DNA of 64,000 nucleotides from Fimbriimonadia bacterium (GTDB lineage Bacteria; Armatimonadota; Fimbriimonadia; Fimbriimonadales; JABRVX01): assembly GCA_041483895.1 (NCBI GenBank), contig JBGPGO010000001.1, forward strand, positions 256,001-320,000, read 5' to 3'. The number at the start of each line of letters is the position of its first letter. Positions within the stretch are counted from its first letter, which is position 1. The notes under the pieces are model-generated. The model was not told the origin of the DNA. It worked only from the letters and a program-made list of their open reading frames with translations, and ran no database searches. Shown one piece after another: positions 58,094-64,000 of this stretch. Both the position numbers and the translations under genes were made by a program.

Positions 58094-60313
58094 TTACTTG
58101 CCTAGGAGTCCAGATAGTTCCCCGGCGCTCAGAGATTCCGATCCCTGTTCTCCAATTTGCACCGCACCGCCAGGCAGTTGGACGATGAGCGATTCTCCCA
58201 ACTTGCTGTAGTCTTTGAACTTCTTCCACGCTTCGATCAGCTTGATGTGAGCATCGCTGAACGCCTTGATCTTGGTGACCTTGGCTTCCTTTTTGAACGC
58301 GGCATCGGTCCATACGCCATTGACCCAATAGAAGGTCTTGTCTCCGGCGATTCGCATCAGGGCCTGTGCCTCACGTCCCGGGGGCGCGGCGCCCCTATAT
58401 GTGCCTTGGGGGAAGCCTCCACTGCCGCCGCCCGTTCCGCCGCCGCCCAAACTTTTCAGCTTGCCGGCCTCAGCTGCTCCGTCCGATTGCCCGAATTGGA
58501 TGAATGCACCGTTCAAATCGTCGTTCAATTCGCCGCTGGCGTGCCCTGCTCTGCCATAATAATCCATCGGCATCTGGTGCTCAGTAATCAAAAACGAAGT
58601 CAATTGCGTAACGATCCCGAACTCCAGCGACAGCCGAACGATCTCATCCCGCAGTTCTTTCGTGTCCCTGCCGTCCAAGCGGAACTCGTCCATCAAGTAG
58701 CCGATCTTGCGCGCTGCCCAGACACGGGGGATGTAATCGTCCCTATCCTGCCTGCCGGACAGGTCCACGTCGATGAAGGTCCGATCCTGCCCACGCGCCG
58801 CCGCGCCGGTGACGGTAATCCTGCCGTGTCCGTCGCCGCGATACCGCCCGGCAATGACAAGCGCGCTGCCTCGGAACAGGTCCCTGGGCTCCTTGGGGAA
58901 CACGTCGTACACGTCCATCCCGTCGTACTTGATCGAAATATTGCTGAGGGCCGGGACGCTGACCTTCTCGAAGAACCCTTCGACGATGGTGTCGATCTTG
59001 TCGCCTTCCAGCACATAGTTGCTGTCGCCGCGCGCATCGAACGCAATGCGATCGAGCAGCTTGCTGTCCACATCGCTGCCGACCCCGAAGGAGTAGATGC
59101 GAATCCCGCCCGCCCGCTCGTTGAGGTCTGAGATGCCACGGCGAATCCGCTGGGGATCGGTTTCGCCGACAGTGGGCAGTCCGTCTGTGAGGAAGATGAT
59201 CGCCTGGAATTCATGGCCCTTTTCTTTCGGGAATGTGTTTATGCCCGCCTGCAGAGCCTCGTAAATGTTGGTTCCGCCTCGCGCGCTTATGTCATCGACA
59301 AAACGAATCGCCTTGCTCTTGTTCTGCTCGTCCGCTGAGACAAGGCCTTGGAACACTTTGTCCACGCCGTCGTTGAAGACGATGACCTGGAACCGGTCCA
59401 TCGGACGGAGCCTGTCCACGCACTGGCGGAGCGCCTTTTTGGCCTGGATGATCTTATCGCCGTCCATGCTTCCTGTGCGGTCGAACACGAACACGATGCT
59501 CTTCGAAACTTCCGCCTCCTTGGAGTGGAGCTGCGGTGACAGCACCATCAGGAAGTAGCCGTCCGCTCCCGATCGATAGGGGAGGATGCTGAGCCCGAGC
59601 TCATCAGACCCTGACCGAATTAGCAGTTGGAAATCTTGCGGCTCGGAACGGCCTCCCGACTCCCACGAAACCACCGCATGCTTGGCGCTGGTCGTCCGCA
59701 CGCTGATATCGGCGTGGCTGGGGGAATAGACAGTCTGGATCGGCTGCGAGGTCTCGATGTCGGCGTGCAAAGTTACGCGGGACGGAAGTTTCTGGGACCT
59801 GGCATCCAGGGACATGGGATAAGAGAAGCGGTATGCGCCGCCGTCTCTAGGCAGCACTTCACTGTATCGCAAAGAGATCTTCCGTTTGCCGTTCGGCGGG
59901 ATCGGGAAGATCCGCAGGCGGACCAGCCTACTGCCGAGCATCTCGAGAAGCGCGGGGTCCCGCTGGCGGCGCACGATGCTTTCGTATATTCGCCGCGCCT
60001 CGTCCGCGGGCAGGATTTTGGCCTCCATCAGCTTGTCCCCGTCGGTCATAGTCAGGCGAGAGATGCTTGCCCCCGCAGGCACGGGGAAAAGATAGACCGC
60101 CTCGAGGGGATAAGGATTGGGATTGAAGAAAACCTGCTCGACCCGCGTTTCCGACGCGGCATCTTTGATATCCACGTTTATGGCATGCGAATCCAGAATG
60201 AAGCCACCCCAGGGCCGCTCTCGTATGGGCCAGTCATCCGGCGGAACAAGGGTTCCCTGCCCAAACGCCGCTCCGGCTAAGCAAACGCACAACGACCAAA
60301 GAACTTGCTTCAT
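58094..60313 (-). CDS. VIT and vWA domain-containing protein
   Basis: EQVFFNP..LEAVYLFP, ARRIYESIV..RDPALLE, MIDAS-like DRTGSM, GGTNI, FLTDGLPT, SFGVG. Confidence 0.92.
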   Translation of the reverse strand: MKQVLWSLCVCLAGAAFGQGTLVPPDDWPIRERPWGGFILDSHAINVDIKDAASETRVEQVFFNPNPYPLEAVYLFPVPAGASISRLTMTDGDKLMEAKILPADEARRIYESIVRRQRDPALLEMLGSRLVRLRIFPIPPNGKRKISLRYSEVLPRDGGAYRFSYPMSLDARSQKLPSRVTLHADIETSQPIQTVYSPSHADISVRTTSAKHAVVSWESGGRSEPQDFQLLIRSGSDELGLSILPYRSGADGYFLMVLSPQLHSKEAEVSKSIVFVFDRTGSMDGDKIIQAKKALRQCVDRLRPMDRFQVIVFNDGVDKVFQGLVSADEQNKSKAIRFVDDISARGGTNIYEALQAGINTFPKEKGHEFQAIIFLTDGLPTVGETDPQRIRRGISDLNERAGGIRIYSFGVGSDVDSKLLDRIAFDARGDSNYVLEGDKIDTIVEGFFEKVSVPALSNISIKYDGMDVYDVFPKEPRDLFRGSALVIAGRYRGDGHGRITVTGAAARGQDRTFIDVDLSGRQDRDDYIPRVWAARKIGYLMDEFRLDGRDTKELRDEIVRLSLEFGIVTQLTSFLITEHQMPMDYYGRAGHASGELNDDLNGAFIQFGQSDGAAEAGKLKSLGGGGTGGGSGGFPQGTYRGAAPPGREAQALMRIAGDKTFYWVNGVWTDAAFKKEAKVTKIKAFSDAHIKLIEAWKKFKDYSKLGESLIVQLPGGAVQIGEQGSESLSAGELSGLLGK

Positions 60314-60332
60314 TCGATCCACCTCTCGAACT

Positions 60333-60361
60333 TAGACGCATCCGGTCGGAGGAAAGGTTAC
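60333..60361 (-). promoter_or_regulatory. Candidate ECF-sigma promoter for the VIT-vWA gene
   Basis: GTAACC-17nt-CGTCTA (AAC...CGT pattern). Confidence 0.45.
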
Positions 60362-60792
60362 GGCTTTTTGTCGGTAACCTCCACGGTCACCATCTTGGTG
60401 GTCCGCGGATAGGACTGCATCGCGAATGGATAAGTAATGGCCTGGGTCACAATCGCGTCCTTGGGCGGCGCTTCGACGACCGCCGATATCACGATCGCAC
60501 CGTTCTGTTCCTTCATGCCCGTAAACTTCACGGAATAGCCGCCCGTCCGCCGCATGCCGGCGTAGACAACAACAACCATGTTCTGGCCGAAATTCACGGA
60601 AGGCGCTTTCTCACCCCGGGCATGGCGCCGCCAGAGCTTGGTCCAGTCACCGGCATCCCGGATCACCATCGTCTCCGCCTTATGAATTCCGCTCTGAGCG
60701 CCCGTCAGTGAAAATGAGCTTGGTTCCACGTGCTTCCTTTGCCCGGCCGCCGGTGTGAGAAGCAGTACGATTGCAAAAACCAGAGAAGTCAT
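60358..60792 (-). CDS. Protease complex subunit PrcB family protein
   Basis: WTKLW, PSVNF..NMVVVVYAG.RRTGGYSV, IVTQAITYPF. Confidence 0.85.
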   Translation of the reverse strand: MTSLVFAIVLLLTPAAGQRKHVEPSSFSLTGAQSGIHKAETMVIRDAGDWTKLWRRHARGEKAPSVNFGQNMVVVVYAGMRRTGGYSVKFTGMKEQNGAIVISAVVEAPPKDAIVTQAITYPFAMQSYPRTTKMVTVEVTDKKP

Positions 60793-60844
60793 GTTCGCAC
60801 CCCCTATCATTGTAGACGTCGCGAGGTTTTGCTACAATACCAAA

Positions 60845-61858
60845 ATGCTGCCCTTAATCCTCGCGATTTCGCTTGGTGCCGCGGATTTGCCCTTCACGGA
60901 CTTCCCGATCGGCGCCTCTCTTCCCCCTGCCGCCACGAAGGACGGGTACGCCATCTATCGGATGGCGGGGTTCAATCTCCTGGAGCTGCCCGCGTTGGAT
61001 TCGCAATCGGGCGCGATCAAGCTCGCCGTGGAAGCCCATCTGTCCGTCATTTTGGCCTACCCGGACATCCACCGCTACAAAGAGACGCCGGCAGATTGGG
61101 TGAAGTTCGCTGAACAGTTCCCAAACGTCGTTGGATGGCGATTGCGGCCCGGCTCCAAGGCGGCGGCGGACTTGGCGAAGATTGACCCTGGACGGCTGAT
61201 TTGCCCGGAGACGAGGCCACGGGCACCGTTTCTGTATAAAGGTGGCATGGAGGCGGACGGCCGCGCGCCCGCCGGTCTTGGGGCCGTCGGGGGCGCATTC
61301 TGGGGCCTGGTGCAATCGGCGGGATACGACGGCTTCCGAACGCCGTCGGAAAGCGATCTGTTTTGGCAGGTGAATACGCTCCTGTCCAACAGCGCGAAGG
61401 GGCTTTGGTATCAAGCCTATATGGTGCCGAAAAGCGACACTGACGAATATAAGCATTGGTATCGCGGTTGGGACGAGGCGCTCTACAACCCGGAGAACGA
61501 CCAAACGATGCCATTGCATGCTTTCGTCGAACGCGTCAACGCAGAGGCGGCGATGATGGGGCGGGTTCTGATGAATGCCAGCCGAGCGGCAAGTCCATCC
61601 GTCCAAGTGGAATTGCCGGGTCGAGTTGTGGAGTTTTCGGGGAAGGATGGGAATCGGTATCTGCTGGTCATGAACGATCTTCATGGCGAAAAGGATGCCT
61701 GCGTAGACCTGGAGAGGGAAATCGCCGTCACGATCGAACGGGGTGAGCGCTTGAACATGCAGAACAGCAAATGGGAGGCGGTCCAGGTCAAGAACGGCCA
61801 TTGGACCGTTCGATTGGGTGGCGGATGCGGGGTACTATTGCGTCTGCCCGCAAAATAG
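60845..61858 (+). CDS. Hypothetical exported protein (possibly glycoside-hydrolase-like)
   Basis: Signal-like MLPLILAISLGA; long ORF; no firm family. Confidence 0.65.
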   Translation: MLPLILAISLGAADLPFTDFPIGASLPPAATKDGYAIYRMAGFNLLELPALDSQSGAIKLAVEAHLSVILAYPDIHRYKETPADWVKFAEQFPNVVGWRLRPGSKAAADLAKIDPGRLICPETRPRAPFLYKGGMEADGRAPAGLGAVGGAFWGLVQSAGYDGFRTPSESDLFWQVNTLLSNSAKGLWYQAYMVPKSDTDEYKHWYRGWDEALYNPENDQTMPLHAFVERVNAEAAMMGRVLMNASRAASPSVQVELPGRVVEFSGKDGNRYLLVMNDLHGEKDACVDLEREIAVTIERGERLNMQNSKWEAVQVKNGHWTVRLGGGCGVLLRLPAK

Positions 61859-61941
61859 GCGGGTATTTATCGGCGCTCATGACACCTCTTTGAATCCACA
61901 GCGTCGAAGACATCAAACCACACACGGAGGCGAGCTTCTTT

Positions 61942-62289
61942 ATGAACAGAGGGATAATTGCCGCGGTAACAGCCGCAATTGCCGCCATCATTATCGCCCA
62001 AACCGCGCCGGAGGCCGGCAAACCGGCCAACGGCAAGAAGCTGTTCGAAAAGTTCGGTTGCATCGGTTGCCACATGGTCGGGAATAAAGGCGGCAAGACA
62101 GGCCCGCTCTTGAGCACCGTCGGCTCCAAGCACGACGCGGTCTGGTTTGACAAGAAGCTCACAAATCCAAAGGAATTCAATCCGAACTCCATCATGCCGG
62201 CCCTTAGCAACAAGGTCGCGAAGAAGGACAGGACCGACCTCATCGCGTTTCTGGCTTCCCTCAAGGAACCCGCGCCGCGAAGCCGGTAG
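61942..62289 (+). CDS. Class I c-type cytochrome
   Basis: Signal peptide, CIGCH heme motif, GP.L, MP axial Met. Confidence 0.92.
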   Translation: MNRGIIAAVTAAIAAIIIAQTAPEAGKPANGKKLFEKFGCIGCHMVGNKGGKTGPLLSTVGSKHDAVWFDKKLTNPKEFNPNSIMPALSNKVAKKDRTDLIAFLASLKEPAPRSR

Positions 62290-62321
62290 CCGCACGCTTC
62301 AGCTTGCGATAACCCGATAGC

Positions 62322-63332
62322 CTATTGGGCGCCGACCTCGCCGAAGTAGATGAATGTCAGCGTTAAATCTAACAGATTGACCTGTCCACTGCCGTCCAGG
62401 TCGACCCAACCGCCATCCGTTGATGCGTAGTTGATAAAGACGCTGTTGACGTCCCTGATGTCGATCACATTGGTTCCGTCGGTATCCCCGTTGCGGCCCA
62501 AATCCCAATCCAACTGGGTTGCGGCGGACAGGGAAACTCCGGTCTGCTTCTCCGAAAGCCAATGAGCCACTTTGAGAACAACATCGTGAGTGCCAATGTT
62601 CCTGGTTGAGAAGGTGTAGGAGCCATCGGCCGCCAACGGCGCATCGATATGTTCGATGACATTGCCATTGTCCTTGATGTCGATGGAGGCGGTCAGACCG
62701 GCATCAGTCCCCTTGGACCAATACTCAAGATTCACTTTGCCGTTGACTGTGGCTACATCGCCGACCCACTCGCAGATGCACCGAATGACAAAGTCGCCAG
62801 CGATTCCGAACATGCAGCCGTTCGTCCAACCCCCAGGGATGGCATAGATCAGGTTCTTGCCCACCTGGCAACCATCCGTGTCGGTGACAAGGCTCGGACC
62901 TCCCGCTGCAATGTCGGGCGGATTGAGGAATTTGAGGCCAATGGAGAACGGTCCCTTGTTGACCACGATGTTCTCCGTCGTCACGTCAAATTCGTTGAGG
63001 TAGCCGTCATGCAGGACCGGACTGTCGAGCTGCTTGAGGAGGATGGGTTTTGGTGGATTCTCGTTACCGCCTGTGTAGACAAGAATGGAATCCTGCTCGA
63101 CATCGGCTCCTTGCAGGCTGGCGGAAGCCCACATGATCTGGATCCTCTTAATTCTTAGGGGGAAATAGCCGGCCGGCGGATTGAAAACCGCCCCGCCAAT
63201 CTCGCCCGCGACAAACCCCAATTGAATGGCCACAGTACCGCCATCGACCAAGCTGTCATTTTTCAGCTCGAACTCTTGGCCGTATCCGGACAAAGCCGGG
63301 CAAATGAATGAGATGAATAATAGCTTACGCAT
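62322..63332 (-). CDS. Secreted protein with C-terminal dockerin-like/EF-hand domain
   Basis: Signal peptide; LKVAHWL...NGDTDGTNVIDIRD...DLDGSGQVNLLDL. Confidence 0.75.
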   Translation of the reverse strand: MRKLLFISFICPALSGYGQEFELKNDSLVDGGTVAIQLGFVAGEIGGAVFNPPAGYFPLRIKRIQIMWASASLQGADVEQDSILVYTGGNENPPKPILLKQLDSPVLHDGYLNEFDVTTENIVVNKGPFSIGLKFLNPPDIAAGGPSLVTDTDGCQVGKNLIYAIPGGWTNGCMFGIAGDFVIRCICEWVGDVATVNGKVNLEYWSKGTDAGLTASIDIKDNGNVIEHIDAPLAADGSYTFSTRNIGTHDVVLKVAHWLSEKQTGVSLSAATQLDWDLGRNGDTDGTNVIDIRDVNSVFINYASTDGGWVDLDGSGQVNLLDLTLTFIYFGEVGAQ

Positions 63333-63417
63333 AGAGGCTCCTTCACGCACACCATTAGTGTACAGCAACTTCTCTATTTTGGACAGTCCCCAAAGCCCCT
63401 AGGTTCCGATCCGGATG

Positions 63418-64000
63418 CTATTCTCCCTTATTTGGCGCCGGCGCCTGCGGCCGCATCATGCCCTTTGCCGCCGCCTGAAGCCCCATAATGCCGCCCAGAC
63501 CCATTGTCTCCACCGCGGAGCTGGGCACCACGATGAGAGCGCCTTTCTCCTTCAGGCCCTCGTAAAGCATGTTCATCGCCCGCAGGTGCAGTGCCATCGG
63601 ATTCTCCTCGTACATTTTGCCGGCTTCAATAAAACTGTCCGCGACTTGGCGCTCGGCATCGCCCAAAATGACGCGGGCTTGTCGCTCCCGCTCGGCCTGG
63701 GCCTGGCGGGACATGGCATCTTGCAATCCACTTGGGATGGAGATGTCTCGCACCTCGACGCTTTGAACGGTGATGCCCCAGGGTTCGGTTTCCTTGTCAA
63801 TCATGACCTGGAGGCGGTCCCCTATCTGCTTTCGGCCAACCAAAAGCTCGGAGAGCATGGTCTCGCCGATCACGTCGCGGAGGTTGGTTTGGGACTTATA
63901 GAAGATCGCGCGCTGGTAGTCGTTGACCTCCAGCACTGCCTTTTCCGCGTCCCACACGTGCCAGAACAGGACGGCATCGACATCCACCGGGACTGTGTCT
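63418..64000 (-). CDS. SPFH/band 7 (slipin/stomatin) family protein, 3' part; runs off the window end
   Basis: VDAVLFW, QTNLRDVIG, EPWGITVQSVEVRD, AMSRQAQAERERQAR. Confidence 0.93.
   Translation of the reverse strand, partial: DTVPVDVDAVLFWHVWDAEKAVLEVNDYQRAIFYKSQTNLRDVIGETMLSELLVGRKQIGDRLQVMIDKETEPWGITVQSVEVRDISIPSGLQDAMSRQAQAERERQARVILGDAERQVADSFIEAGKMYEENPMALHLRAMNMLYEGLKEKGALIVVPSSAVETMGLGGIMGLQAAAKGMMRPQAPAPNKGE

Overview
Core-genome-like bacterial window, GC-rich, most likely Armatimonadota (inference from PEP-CTERM proteins, a dockerin-like C-terminal domain and the overall gene mix; not proven). It holds about 50 CDS: pnp (partial), rpsO, metY, mnmA, glmS, mscL, an alpha-2-macroglobulin/VanW pair, a five-gene Wzc/Wza/GT4/MurJ/O-antigen-ligase EPS cluster, an S8 protease, a haloperoxidase/PAP2, three PEP-CTERM genes (one frameshifted), VIT-vWA and others. 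I saw no tRNA, rRNA, CRISPR array, integrase or transposase. The most interesting signals are non-coding. (1) A clear c-di-AMP (ydaO/yuaA) riboswitch precedes an asparagine-synthetase homologue that lacks the catalytic N-terminal Cys. (2) Two promoter-driven, highly structured, ORF-less candidate ncRNAs lie at about 10292-10468 and 22549-22767. (3) rpsO has a structured leader. (4) Several REP/REPIN-like families are present, two of them inserted in-frame into membrane-protein genes. (5) Smaller oddities are an acidic, degenerate LuxR-HTH mini-protein and an orphan dehydrogenase 3' remnant. All family calls come from motif recognition by eye; no database search was run.
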